Part shown: positions 1 through 13,886 of the stretch, piece by piece
Layout: each line of letters opens with the position of its first letter
Numbering within the stretch: the first letter of the stretch is position 1
Assembly: GCF_006345805.1 (NCBI RefSeq)
Contig: NC_043008.1
Span: 54,188,001-54,252,000, forward strand
Reading direction: 5' to 3'
Length of the DNA stretch: 64,000 nt
From: Octopus sinensis
Lineage: Eukaryota
The notes under the pieces: model-generated
What the model was told of the DNA's origin: nothing
What the model saw: the letters and a program-made list of their open reading frames with translations, nothing else
Databases searched by the model: none
Made by a program: the position numbers and the translations under genes

Positions 1-74
1 TTTACTCACGTATGAGTGGTCGGGAGTGACACGAATCCTGTGTGCAATTCTGTTATATTGGTTCTGTGTTTATG

Positions 75-484
75 TGAAAGAATATATGTGTGTGGTGTGT
101 GTGTGTGTGTGTGTGTGGTGTGTGTGTGTGTGTGCGTGCGCGGTTGTGTACGTGTGTGTGTGACGCGCACGTATGTGTGCTTCTGCATGCTTGAGTATAT
201 ATGAGTGTGAGTGTGTGGTGTGTGGTGTGTGTGTGTGTGTGTTGTGCGATAGTTGACAAATCGTATAATATATTCTGTTGTAGTGCAAAAGGGTTTTCAA
301 CTCTGTGTGTATATGTTTGAATGCGTGCGTGCGTGTGTGTTTGTTGTGTGTGTGTGTGTGTGTGTATGTGTGTGTGTGTGTGTGTTTGTGCGTATGCTTG
401 ACATTTTATGTGCATGTGCATGTTTTTGAAGAGGCAGATAGATAGATAAATAGATAGATAGATAGATAAGAGACATACAGACAA

Positions 485-519
<35 letters not shown>

Positions 520-662
520 AGATATAGATATGCATAATGTATGTATGGTTGTGTATATGTATACATATATATACATATATATATATCTATAAAAAATATT
601 GTATATATATATATATATTATATATATATATATTATACATAACCCGCACATATATATATATA

Positions 663-711
<49 letters not shown>

Positions 712-716
712 ATATG

Positions 717-763
<47 letters not shown>

Positions 764-790
764 TGTGTGATGTATGTATACACATATATA
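75..790. repeat. Compound microsatellite (GT)n/(ATAG)n/(AT)n
   Basis: Direct reading; explains the HT/CV/IY-rich ORFs in the track. Confidence 0.95.
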
Positions 791-1204
791 TTACATGTAT
801 GTGTGGCTGCGCGTGTCTGTGTTAGTATTTTTCCTTTTTTATTTTTATTTTTTTTGGAACGTCCTCATCCGAATAAATATTCAGATTCCAGCAGCGATGT
901 ATTGATTCTTGTGTCAAAGTAGAACAAGTTGCCTGCCTCTACAGACGGGAAGTTATCCTGATAATTTACCATTGTTCGCTTTCAAATGTTGTCTCTTCCA
1001 GCAGATGTAGAATCAATCCTTGATGCAAGACCTCTTCAAGTAAACAATACACATTCGAAGAACTCCAATAAATAACAATGGAAGACACTTTTGACAGAAT
1101 ACTCGGCAAAAATCTACTTGACATCCATTTTGGTTGATGTGGTTTTCTTCTTGTGAACTGGTAACATATAAAAACATTAATAGAGAGAATGAAGGAGGGA
1201 AAGG

Positions 1205-1590
<386 letters not shown>

Positions 1591-2038
1591 AAAATAACCT
1601 TGCGCTCTTTCACCTTTAAATAAATTTCTAGAAAGATTCTGTAACTGACCTTCTAATGTAAGTGCTTATGTATATGATCTTGTGATGTTAGAAGATATCT
1701 ATTGAATAGACACAAATAACTTAGAATCCCCAGATCGATCTCACTGTTTGGCAGTCTGGGGCAAGGAATGGTAGAACGATAGTTTGTGTCGACCCAAACT
1801 TTGTTAGTGAAATTAGATCGATGGCATAAACTGCGTAGCGGTCAATCTGATGGATTGTACTTCAAAAAGTTTTGATTTTTATAGAAATTATGTTCCGCTA
1901 ATTCTACCCGGGAATTATGTTAAAAGTACAAGTGCCAGTGAAAACTGCGGTCGTTTATAAATTGATTTAACAAGGAGGTTATTCAGCTGATCTAGTGAAT
2001 TTGTGCTCATCGTCGAAGCCGATGTAGAATCCGTAATA

Positions 2039-2875
2039 CACTGAACCGCAAAAGAAACGCAAGACGTGTGATGACTGTGAAATGTTTTAATTTCATTATG
2101 TCAGAGATAAATGTTGATAAATCTGATAAAGTCAATTTCTTGGATGCACTTTGACCACGGTGTATGGATCGTTGTCATGTGTTCTGGTAGTGGGCGGATC
2201 CAGCACAGCGAGATTGTAGGGTGTGACATGTTCAACACCGCGTATGCCCTCCCTGAGTGTTCAAAACGGCCATACACCGTCGGTACATGGAGTGAATGAG
2301 GCGGTTCACAACTGTGCCCACACCCTGAGGAAAGCTGCTTCTAATTCCACACGAGTTGTCAGCCTTCGAACCACCTGGTTCAGCCTTCTCTGGATTTCAT
2401 CCTACGGGTGTTCAATTGGGTCCAAATCCGGGCTTAGAGCCGGCCACAGCATGTTCCTGGCACTGTGTGGTAGCCCTGGCCATTTAGGAGGGAGCATTGT
2501 CCTGCTGGAACACATGGCTATGGTGACGCGCGAAGAAGAGCACGATGTGAGGTCTGAGGATCTGGTCAACGTAGTGCTGCGCTGTCATTCCATTCCCTCT
2601 GCCTGCACCAACATTTTGGAACACATGGGACCCAATTCTCTGATTCAGGCCTATAGCACCCCAAACCATGATGCTTTGGTCACCCCACGCATCTCTCTCC
2701 ATGACACATGCGTCTCTGTAACGTTCATCCCTCCTACGCTACACACTCACTCTGCTATCTGAGGCTCTCATCAGAGAAGACTGTCGACCTCTATTGTTGG
2801 TGCCGCCAACGTCGGTGCTGTGTAACCAGCTGTAGCTGTGCCTGCCGTTGACGGGCGGTGAGAACAGGCCCTTGA
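2039..2875 (-). mobile_element. Tc1-like DNA transposon, 3' half; transposase disrupted by stops and frameshifts
   Basis: Minus-strand translation gives PVLTARQRQ...VFSDES...SIMVWGAIG...FQQDNAP...WPALSPDLDPIEH...GGHTRC* (stop at 2232-2234). TA at 2037-2038 is followed by the Tc1-type terminus CACTGAACCGCAAAAGAAACGCAA. Partner TIR not found. Confidence 0.9.
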
Positions 2876-4717
2876 GCTTTCTCTGCTAATTAAACTTTCA
2901 GTTAAATGCTTTTCATTCTTACCATTCTCTTCTTTCTCTTCACCGCCATTCTATAATTCCTGGTTGCAAACAAATTTTATAAGTAACTTACGTCTCTTTT
3001 AATCGGCACATACCAATGTTATGTTGTCTATGCAAACCTGTATATATTGCTGATGTCCCAGATCAAAACTTATGCCGTCTACGGAAGTCTGCACACATTT
3101 CCCATTAACTCTAATCAAGTTTTACATCGTCTGTAGATTCCCACATTGATAAAAAAAATATCTTCGTTCCTACGATTTGGAGTTTTGTTTTCATGTTGAT
3201 AGGTTTTTTTATTCTCTAAAAACATTTTAATACTTTGGAAAAATAACAGCGCAGTTTCTCGTTTCTTACATCTAAAACGTGAGGCATTTGTAACAATGAA
3301 AACGTGAAGGAAAAGATTCTGAATTCTCCCGCTTCGCAACGGAAACGTTTTAAGATGTCACGTTTTTCTCTTCTCTTAAATGAAATTGTACTACGTCATA
3401 GAAAAGGTCGTGTTTTCCTTTACCTAAGCGGCTGAAATATGATCAAGGATAACCTTATGGGGTTGGGCATGTTTGCTTTCTCTCGTAAATGTTGTTGCCA
3501 AAAATGTGACACAAATCAATCCGAAGATCTAGTCTTCGTTGATGCCACGGTGCTAATAATAAATACATAATACTATTAAAACAAATATTAATTAAAGCAG
3601 AATTAGATCAGAGACAGACTGGACGGGAAACATTTATAAATAGTTGGATTAGAGCTGGAATGGTTTCAGTAACTTCATACACCTTATATCTTTCTGTACC
3701 GTGTCTCCTCTTTTTGATTTGTGATTGCACTTTGGAGAGACTGTCGAAAGAAAAACAAATAAGCCGCTTTAATTTGATGGATTGCTCAAGAAAACTTTCT
3801 CCTGAGCCAAACCATTTGAAGAGGATGCTGTCTGCAAAGAAATCAGATTGACTGAAATTCCGTGATGTATTATAAAATGTTCTGAACTCTCATTGTGAAA
3901 TATAATTACGTATAATTTTCCTGCCAAAAGTCTATTCGAAATTAGCACTCCTTGAATTATTATCTTTATTTTTGTCTTATTTTTTCCAATTTTTTTACTT
4001 CTTTCCAAACGACAGACATATACATTTATTACAATGGTTATTATATAAGATTTTTTTTAATCCTCGTCTCCTTTCGTGATTATCCTTTTGTTTGAACGAT
4101 CGCAATTAAATTTGGAAACTTCAAAAAATGATTTCCAGAGCCCAATGTTAAGCTACGATTTTGACTGCCAAGTTATTCATAATAGCGAGAATGTGTTATT
4201 AATTCGTTAACGTCTGTGATCAATATTTAAATGTGTAAGATGAGTTGACGGTAATAAGATTATGATTTTCCAGACTATTAACCTCGTCTTTGGAGTGTAT
4301 ATTTACACTATTTATATCTACAGGACGTTTTAGTAAGTTTGATCTCTGATCGCCATCAAGTATCTTGGGTGTCTAGTTCCAGTATCCCCTGGGACTATGT
4401 ACACATCCAGAAATAAGACATCTCATGATGATCGAAACGTAGTGTGCCAATACACTTTGTAAATACACGTTCTGTAGACGAGGTTAATTGTCCGTAAAGT
4501 TTATAAGCTTGTGTACAGCCAATGTGCAGTCCATGAGCTTTACATTATATGATAAATCCTTCAATGTAAATAGCTCTGTCTTTCAATTCACCTTGAACTT
4601 TTTTTTTAACTGAATCGGGGATGTTTGGTTAATTAGATAATCATTCATTTAAATAGAGATAATTTACGACACAACACAAGAATTCAAGATAGCGATAAAT
4701 TTATAAATGTAAACATA

Positions 4718-4860
4718 TTTGTGTGTGTGTGAGTGTGTGTGTGAGTGTGTGTGAGTGTGTGTGTGAGTGTGTGTGTTTGAGTGTATGTTTGTGGTGTATG
4801 TATGTATTTGTTTACACTCACTTACACACTAATACAGATAGGTAAATAGATAGATGCTTA

Positions 4861-4957
<97 letters not shown>

Positions 4958-5200
4958 GTGTGTGTATACACATTCAATAATTTATTCGTATCTTCATATC
5001 CCTACATATATATACATATATATGTATGTGTGTGTGTGTTTAGGTGTGTGTGTATGTATGTATGTATATATATATATATGTGTGTGTGTATATATATATA
5101 TATGTATATATATGTGTGTGTAAATATATACATACATTCATACACACACATACACATAATATGTATATATATATATATATATATATACATATATATATCA
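4718..5200. repeat. Compound microsatellite (GT)n/(AT)n
   Basis: Direct reading. Confidence 0.9.
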
Positions 5201-5865
5201 CCTAGATAACTTAGGTATGTTTCGACCAAAGACTGTGGCCCAAGTCATGTCTAAATTAATAGCACCACCTGATATAGGGTTTGCTAAATCCTTTTAAAGT
5301 CAAGTTTTGTGGTATCATGGCCCAGTCGAGTAGGGAGTTCTTGTTAAGTGAGTTGTATTCAGGTATAAGCAGCTTATCTAGTACCCCTTGAAGAAATTTG
5401 TCCAGAGTTCGCTTAAATAGGATAGGGCCTGTTGAGGGAAAGAATTAATGTTGCAGTATATTTATGTGTTGTGATTCTGAACTGGGTAGGGGACGTATGG
5501 CACGTGATCCTAGCCTTGGATGAATTCTAAAACTAATGTTAAGTTTGTTTGAAAAATGCTGGTGGTATATTATCCACATCATGCAAATGATGTATCGCTC
5601 ACGGCGACACTAGAGAGGATAGAGTTCCCATGCTTTATGGCGATCCCAATAATCGAGATCAGTCATGCCCTTAATTCTTTTAGTGAATTCCCTCTGGGGT
5701 GATTCGTTTCTCGAAATGTTTTGTTTTTGTGTGGGGAGACCACAGGGGACAGCAGTATTCTAGGTGTGGCCGTTCTTTTATTCTTTTATATGTTTCAATC
5801 TTGGGACTCACATCCGGAAAGCTATTATTTAGCATTTAAAATTGAGGGTAATAATTGTCAGGGAC
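5200..5865 (-). mobile_element. CR1/L2-group LINE, 3' end of ORF2, degenerate
   Basis: Minus-strand translation RPHLEYCCPLWSPH...QREFTKRIKGMTDLDYWDR...RRERYII...FKRTLDKFL...NSLLDW matches the conserved post-RT C-terminus of CR1/L2/Crack-type LINEs; contains stops and a frameshift. Confidence 0.8.
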
Positions 5866-5935
5866 CGTTTAGCTTAATAGTCAGAGAACTTAACTAGTGT
5901 CAGGGGTGCGGGGTTCGATTCCCTGTAGCGAACTC
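5866..5935 (+). mobile_element. Isolated tRNA-like SINE head
   Basis: A-box-like TTTAGCTTAATAGTCAG and B-box GGTTCGATTCCC; no complete cloverleaf. Confidence 0.5.
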
Positions 5936-6046
5936 TGACAACGCTCTTTTGTTTTCATCTTTTAAGTGTAAATACCCAATCTTTCTCTGCTGTTTTCACA
6001 CGAAAACCTTGGGTAAACTAGCATCAAAGTAAGCGAATAAATTTAA

Positions 6047-6229
6047 CTTGAGGACGTAAGCAAACCAACACCGGTTGTCAAAGGATGGTGGGGACAAACA
6101 CAGACACAAATACATAAACACACCACAAATACACACACAAATACACGCCCCCCTTTTATATATACAAACATATATACATATACATACATACACATACACA
6201 CACACACACACACGCACACACACACACAC

Positions 6230-6261
<32 letters not shown>

Positions 6262-6302
6262 CACACACACAATGAGCTTCTTTACATTTCCGTCAACCAA
6301 AT
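6047..6302 (-). mobile_element. SINE family B internal fragment, near-copy of 7988-8195
   Basis: Matches the family B middle region, including its internal microsatellite. Confidence 0.75.
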
Positions 6303-6400
6303 GACAAACAAGTCTGCACAAACAAACAGAAGTAGGAATTGTAAAAAACTAACAACATTAGAATAAGATTGCACACACACACTCACATGCACATACATAA

Positions 6401-6642
6401 GTGAAACATGGCTCTGTGGTTAGAGCATCGGGCTTACAATCATGAAGTAGTAAGTTCGATTCCTGGATCGGGCCATGTGTGGTGTTCTTGAGCAAGACAC
6501 TATTTCACGTTGCTCCAGTTCATTCAGCTGTAGAAATGTGTTGCAAAGTCACTTCCATAAACAACTTTACTCGGACTTGAGCCCCGGAGGGGAACTTTCT
6601 AGATGCAATCCTATAGTTATTCATGATCGAAGGGGTCTTTAC
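6401..6642 (+). mobile_element. SINE family C (tRNA head, CORE-like TTCTTGAGCAAGACACT segment), internally deleted
   Basis: Head ATGGCTCTGTGGTTAGAGC...AGTTCGATTCC; tail GCAATCC...TCATGATCGAAGGGGTCTT shared with the copies at 14048 and 46413. Confidence 0.8.
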
Positions 6643-6688
6643 ACGTTTTACCCATATGTGTGTGTGTGCGTGTGTGTGTGTAAGTGTG

Positions 6689-6727
<39 letters not shown>

Positions 6728-6904
6728 TGTGTGGTGTGTGTGTGTGTGTGTGTGTGTGTGATTATGCAGGCGTGTTCTGAACATAAGTCTCTTTGAAAAG
6801 TTTCTCTGAAATAAATATGACACCGAGCTCCTGTCCACCTTCGAACATCATACATATTACACACATCTTTACATACATGTATATATATGCATATATATGT
6901 GTGC

Positions 6905-6948
<44 letters not shown>

Positions 6949-7849
6949 TGTGTATGTGTGTGTGTGTGTGTGTGTGTGGATGGATATTCTTTCTTTCCTC
7001 TTAATGCTAACACCTTACCTTTAATCACATCTTAAACCCGACTGACCTCGGATACAACAAAAACTATAGGAAGACAATCAACAATATTTTGTTTCTTTTT
7101 TTACTGGACGACTTCAAATAATGCGCTGCAGAGAGCGCGCGGATTTACAAAAGAAATTATGAGATTCAGATTAGAAAAATGCACCAAGACTACTTTGATG
7201 TTAGTAAAAAGTAATTAAGAAACCTAATATCATACTACATAAAGAAACGAAGTACGAGAATTACAACAAAAACAAACAAGACAGGGTTCAACACACGCAA
7301 ATGATTAAAAAAAATGCCGAGAAAGAATATTACAGATGCTGGGTGGTAGGGTGCATTTGCAACTAGAAAAACTATTATAAAATATCTACTGTGGGATTAC
7401 GGAATATATAATATAATGGAAAAACTAATGCGAATATCAATAAAACAAGAGCAAAATGAAGGAAAAAGCTGTTTCCTGTCTTTAAGGAAAATAACAGCTA
7501 CAAATGGCGGCTGTAATGATAAACGGTTGTAGGGAAGAAAGAAATTGATAGAAACTGCGAAAAATCTATAAACTGAGCGAAAATTGGGGCTGCGAGATGC
7601 TATACTAACTCGATAGCAAGAGCATTTCTTACGTGGTTAATACCTTAAAAAAAATGAGCAAGTATGAAATAGATAAAAAAAAAAAAACAGAAACCCACAG
7701 AACTGAGTGAGGACATGATTCAGAATCGAAACGAAACGATTCATAATTGAGGTATAGGATTAAATCTTTTCCACTAGAAACCACTAAAAGCAAGTAATGA
7801 AGGCGAATTCAACAACTACAGAATATATATTCTCTCTTATCTTTTATTG

Positions 7850-8331
7850 ATTTTTTTACTTGTTTCGGCCATTGGACTGCGGCCATGCTGGGGCACTGCT
7901 TTAACGGGTTGTTTTTGGTCGAGCGAATCGACTCCAGCATTTGTTTAAGTCTGGTACTTATTCTATCGATCTATTCTTTTTTCTTTGCTTGAGGACGTAA
8001 ACAAACCAACACCAATTGTCAGAGGATGGTGGGGACAAACACAGACACAAATACATAAACACACCACAAATACACGCCCCCCCTTTTATATATACAAACA
8101 TATATACATATACATACACACACAAACACACACACACACATATATATATATACACACACACACAATGAGCTTCTTTACATTTCCGTCAACCAAATCCACA
8201 ATCCACTCACAAGGCTTTGGTCGACGCGGGGCTTTAGCAAAAGACATTTGCTCAAAGTGCCACGTAGTGGAACTAAACCCTGAACCATGTGGTTGAAAAA
8301 CAAGTTTCTTGCAATACAGTTACGCCTGCGC
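7850..8331 (-). mobile_element. SINE family B, full length
   Basis: tRNA-like head at the 8331 end, central GCCTTGTGAGTGGATT...GACGGAAA, internal microsatellite, 3' GCATGGCCGCAG...GAAACAAGTAAAA. Confidence 0.85.
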
Positions 8332-8429
8332 TAATATGTGGAGGTTTAGAAGAAAAATTAACCACATTATCTCTGGCTACTGCCCGAGTGTTGACCATGA
8401 CATATTTGGGGCTCCCGTATTCTAGAAGT

Positions 8430-8760
8430 TATACCAGCATTATGAAATACCAACGGAAAATAGGTTTTTTAAACGTGACAAAAGAGGTCTGGGAGAATAA
8501 CAAAAAGACCGGACTCTGGGATTTGACAGTCCACACAGGAAAGGGAATGAGGGATAATCACCCGGATATTGTTGTGAGGATCACTAGGAAAGGTAATATA
8601 TCTTATAATGGAAATATTATTCCGAACAGATTATGATAGATTTTGAACGGAAATAGAGAAATTATCCAAATTTACTGACCTGAAATAGCAGTCATCAGAT
8701 AGGGGTGACCGAGAAAAAATAGATACCTGCAATAAATAAATGTCTTGCAAATGATTTTTA
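8430..8760 (+). mobile_element. R4/Dong-like (restriction-like endonuclease) non-LTR retrotransposon 3' fragment
   Basis: Translation ENNKKTGLWDLTVHTGKGMRDNHPDIVVR...EIEKLSKFTDL resembles the LWD...RPDIV...EKxxKYxDL REL motif of R4/Dong-type elements; frameshifted. Confidence 0.6.
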
Positions 8761-9599
8761 TTAGAAATGCTAGCAAATGCTTAACCAACACACAAACGTT
8801 TAAAAATATGCACATTATACAAAAAATAACACTATCATATACTGTGGAAACTACTACTGCTACTACTGTGCTATTCCCCTGCTACCACTGAAGTCGCTAT
8901 GTTGAAAAACGATCAACGCTTGTCATAAAGACACGCAGTTAAAAGAAACAATATTAAAGACGAGATCTTCTTTCTTGCTAAGAATTAAATGAGGATTAAG
9001 CAAATCCCAAGACCTTTTGTCATTACTCTAAGTTGAAAGGGATAAAAAAAGCTAATTTTTTCTCATCAGGTATTCCAAATAAATTTCTTTTCTTAAAGGG
9101 GACTTTTGGAAAAGACGTCTGTTCACCACAGCTATCAAATATTATAGTAATCCTTTCTAATATAGACACAAGGCAGGAAATTTTGAGGGAGGAATAAATC
9201 GATTACATCGTCCCAAGCGCCGTACTGGTACATATTTTATCGACTCCAAAACGATGAAAGCCCTATGTATATATATATATATATATAAATATATATATAT
9301 ATATGCGCACACACACGCAACACGCATATATATGTGCATGTATTTATACATGCACATATGTATGCAAACATATATGCGTGTGTATGTGTGTGTGTGTGCA
9401 TATATGGGTACAAACAACGTGAAATACGTGAACAAATGAGTTAAATACGCAGACAACGAGAGAAAATGGACAACAGGACTAGTAAACACAGAGAAATGAC
9501 CATTCATCAGTTGTCGGATGTATATCTGCTCCTCATTTCGAGCAATCAATGACAATATGAGTCTTCAAAGACAGTTTCACTCCTTCCTCCTCCTCTACT

Positions 9600-10075
9600 C
9601 CTTCTCCTTGAACTTTTCCAGGAAGTGCCTAAAATGAAGGGGAGGAAGTGGAGAAAAAGGATGAAGGACTTCATCGAAAACTCCGAGGAGCGGTGAACAC
9701 TTCCGTGAAAAGTCCGAGGAGGGAGGGAACACTTCTTGGAAAAGTCCGTGGAGGGGTGAACACTTCCTGGAAAAGTCCGAGGCGGGGTGTGCTCTGTCTG
9801 GAAAAGTCCGAGGAAGGGGTTCTTCCTAGAAAGCCGAGGATTTGGGGTGACCACTTCCTGGAAAAGTCCGAGGAGAGGTGAACACTTCCTGGTAATGTGC
9901 GAGGAGGGGGTTGAAGTGGATAAAGGGGGAAGAACTTCCTGGAAAAGTTCGAGGAGAAGGTGAACACATCCTGGAAAAGTTCGAGGAGGGGTGAACACTT
10001 CCTGAAAAAAGTTCGAGGAGGGGTTGAAGGGGCAGACTTCCTGGAAAATCCGAGGGTGGGTGAACACTTCCTCCT
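9600..10075. repeat. GC-rich 31-bp minisatellite, about 12 degenerate units (GGGGTGAACACTTCCTGGAAAAGTCCGAGGA)
   Basis: Direct alignment of the units by eye. Confidence 0.9.
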
Positions 10076-11262
10076 CCTCCCTCTCAACTCCACCTCCATG
10101 TAATTTTCCTTCTCCCCTTCCTCATTATGATTTATCGAGGGTCAAAGTTGGCAACAAAAACAGGACGGTGGAGACATACAAGGAAACCGAACGAAAACAA
10201 ACATGGAGGGTCGTTAGATCATATATATATCAGTCAATCGTCTGACGAATAAATATACATACGTATAATAGATTAGGCCTTACCTCCGATTTTGGTCAAT
10301 ATTTAAAGCATTCTATCTGCTGACCATTATAAAATATAATGATAAACATAGGTTTCTAAGAAAGCCCAAGATTTTATATTGGACCAAGTTCTTGATTGGC
10401 ACATCCTGCAGGTCTTTTGTTTGGCCCATGATAGCACAGTACTGAATGGACCTTTACACATTGCAACTTAGAACGCAGCGAAATACCGCAAGACGTTTTG
10501 TCTGTCAATCTAACAACCCTGTCAGTACATCACCCTTTGTGAGACGTAAGATAATGTGCTTTGCAATACAATGAAAAGGAAAAATGAATTTCAGTTATTT
10601 AAAACCGCTTGAAATTAGAAACGTAGTTTGTTCCATTGTCTTAACTCAAATCTCTTCTCGTTCGGTTTAGCGCCTGAAGTGTTCTGTAATTGAAACAAGT
10701 ATTAATAGTGTAATATTTCTGAATTTCTCTAGAAAAGAAAATTAGAAATAAAAGTGAACATAACATATCCTATATTTGATTGTTCTAACTTTTACATAAT
10801 AGTGAATTCTAAAACATTGTGATAAAAACATTATGATAAAGCAACAAAGAAACCTGAAAACTTTATTTTAAAATTGTTCATTTTTCCGATCCGATGAAAC
10901 TGTATACCTTTCAGTTCTTATTATTTCTTCGCCATAACATGATTGATATCGATATCAATTTCTCGATTAGGGTGGTGAGCGAACAGAATTGTTAGAGCGC
11001 CGAGAAAAAATATCTTGCGATGTTTTTGCCAGCTCTTTACGTCTTGAGTTCAAATTCTGCTGGGGTTGACTTTGTCTTTCATTCTTTCGAAGTCAATAGA
11101 ACAATACCAGCTGAGTGCTTGACGCGATGTGGTCGATTTCCCCTCAAACTACCCTGCCTAAGAACCGAAATTTAATAGAATATATCAATCTCTCGATTAT
11201 GATGATGAACTGGCCGAATCGTTAGGAGATGGGGAATATCTTGCGGTATTTCTTCCGGATGA

Positions 11263-11660
11263 AGGCGGAGAGCTGGCAGAAACGTTAGCACGCCGGGCGA
11301 AATGCTTAACGGTATTTCGTCTGCGTTACGTTGTGAGTTCAAATTCTGCCGAGGTTGACTTTGCCTTTCATCCTTTCGGGGTCGATAAATTAAGTACCAG
11401 TTACGCACTGTGGTCGATGTAATCGACTTAATACCTATGTCTGTCCTTGTTTATCCCCTCTATGTTTAGCCCCTTGTGGGTAGTAAAGAAATAGGTATTT
11501 CTTCCGGCTATTTACGTTTTGACTTCAAATCTCGCCGAGGCTAACTTTGCCTCTCGTCTTTCCGGGGTCGGCAAAATAAAATACCAGTTACATGCTGAGG
11601 TCGAGAGTATTGACTAACTGCATCCCCTCAAAATTGCTGACCCTGCGCTTAAATTAGAAA
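11263..11660 (+). mobile_element. SINE family A: young copy (tail type 1) joined to a 5'-truncated older copy (tail type 2)
   Basis: A box TGGCAGAAACGTTAG, B box GAGTTCAAATTC, central GAGGTTGACTTTGCCTTTCATCCTTTCGGGGTCGATAAATTAAGTACCAG. Confidence 0.85.
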
Positions 11661-11786
11661 CAATATCGCTCTCTTAATACCTGCAACAACAGCATACTCG
11701 TTAGTTCAACAACAAATTTTTAAGATATTTTCCCCGCGTATTAGGAACTGTAATAGGAACTGTATAGCGTCTGTGGCTCTTTTCAG

Positions 11787-11895
11787 GGACTTGAAGATTG
11801 ATGAAAAGAAGGGCGGAATCGTAGACCGAATTCTTACAGTCGGAGATCACTTGACAAAAGCCATTCAAGGTCAAACAGCAGTTTTAAACAGGGCG
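11787..11895 (+). CDS. Candidate internal host exon (DLKIDEKKGGIVDRILTVGDHLTKAIQGQTAVLNRA), product unknown
   Basis: Acceptor CTCTTTTCAG, donor GCG|GTAAAT, open frame of non-repetitive composition; protein not recognised. Confidence 0.55.
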
Positions 11896-11924
11896 GTAAA
11901 TCAAGTGTGCCACCATATATTTAT

Positions 11925-11952
11925 ATACATACATACATTCATACATGCATAC

Positions 11953-12001
<49 letters not shown>

Positions 12002-12023
12002 CATACATACATACATACATACA

Positions 12024-12059
<36 letters not shown>

Positions 12060-12395
12060 TACATATATACACATATAGATATGTATATACATATAGATAT
12101 ATATACATATATATATATATATAAATACATTCATACATATATACATATATACAAACAAACGTACGTACGTACATACATACATACATACATACATACATAC
12201 ATACATACATACATACATACATACATACATACATACATACATACATAAATATATACATACATATATACACATATTGATATGTATATACATATAGATATAT
12301 ATACATATATATATATAAATACATTCATACATATATACATACATATATACATACAAACGTACGTACGTACGTACATACATACATACATATATAAA
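11925..12395. repeat. Compound (ATAG)n/(CATA)n microsatellite with an internal ~190-bp duplication
   Basis: The block ...ATAAATACATTCATACATATATAC...CAAACGTACGTAC occurs twice. Confidence 0.85.
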
Positions 12396-12868
12396 GTACA
12401 GTAAAGTGACTACAAGAAACTTCTAGAAATAATTGAACTCTACGCTTTTGTACTTTTAACATAGGTGTGTGTCCGAGTAAAGATATGTCAGCCTGTGAAC
12501 CTCTGCATGAATATAAGCGGTTGTGTATAGCCATGTATGCATGCGTGTATTTATGAAGAAAGGGGCGCTTATCAATGTAGAAAGATATCGCTAAAGTGTA
12601 TTTAATAATCTTCTCAGCTTTACAATAACTTTTTTTTTTGCTCTCCAATCAGACATCTATATAGATCTTTGCTTCGAATCTTTATCAGTTTCACTGCCGT
12701 AATCCTACGATTTTGGTAAAATGATTCTATTGACTGAACGGAGGATTAACTCTAAAAATGAACTCATTTGATTAATTACTGACGTCAATACAATAAACAT
12801 TGAAGCAGACAGAGAGAAACATTGTTATAGCAAGGACATATACGTATATACATACGTGTGTGTGTGTG

Positions 12869-12906
<38 letters not shown>

Positions 12907-12947
12907 GTATAGATATATATTATGTGTATGTATGTATCAGTAAAAAA

Positions 12948-12978
<31 letters not shown>

Positions 12979-13840
12979 TAATAATGTATATATATATATG
13001 TGTATTATGTATATTTATGTATATATGTATATGCATATGTGTTATGCATTAAATAATGTTTAATACATTTATACATATATGTGTGTATGTTCGTATGTGT
13101 ATTTGTATGTACGTATGTATGTATGTATTAAGCAATATTTTATAAGTAATACACTGTAAATCGGAAAAACTCATATAAACTTAAATATTAATTTTACTAT
13201 ATATTACTATATATTAATTTTTATCTAGTTTCAGCTCACGAGCTGTGGCCATGCTGGGGAACCGCCATTTGGTGTTGCTACATGATTTTACTTCACGAAT
13301 GCTTTTTATATGTTTGTAAATTAATATACATTTGTTTGTGTGTGTGTGTGTGTGTGTATACATACTTACATACATACATATAATTATTAACATCAAACCA
13401 CAACTAGGAACTCTCACATTGATGATAAAGTCTGCTCCTAATTCGTGTTCTAAGATGTCGACTTTTACTCAAGCGATGTTGAAGCGTGAGGATTGGCTCA
13501 CGTGTCATAATACGATATCAACAGTATTTACATAGAATTGTTTTCCCACTTGCTTGACACACTACTATGTGTTTTCATTTAGTACAATTTAATAATTCAG
13601 CAGAAAGGTTAATGCATTATTCATGAGTCTGAAACATTGATCAACTACATTTTTGCATATTTCGTATGATCAGTAAATATGAAACTGCATAAAGAAAGTG
13701 GAAGATTTTTGGCTCAGTCCGATACCAATGATGCCTATGGGCTCTTCTGAATATACATGATGAAATACAAATGTGTGTATCTCTGCACGTGTGCGTGCGT
13801 GTGTGTGAGTGAGTGCATATATAAGTATGTGTGTATTTTA

Positions 13841-13886
<46 letters not shown>

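Noticed and set aside
966-1166. Minus-strand open frame with an acceptor-like site and a GTAAAT donor
   Set aside because: Peptide unrecognisable, alternative frames equally plausible, no linked exon
3610-3870. Met-less 87-codon minus frame and an overlapping plus-strand ORF
   Set aside because: No recognisable motif; strand cannot be decided
9600-10075. CRISPR-like array
   Set aside because: Units are contiguous with no unique spacers, the context is eukaryotic, and there are no cas genes
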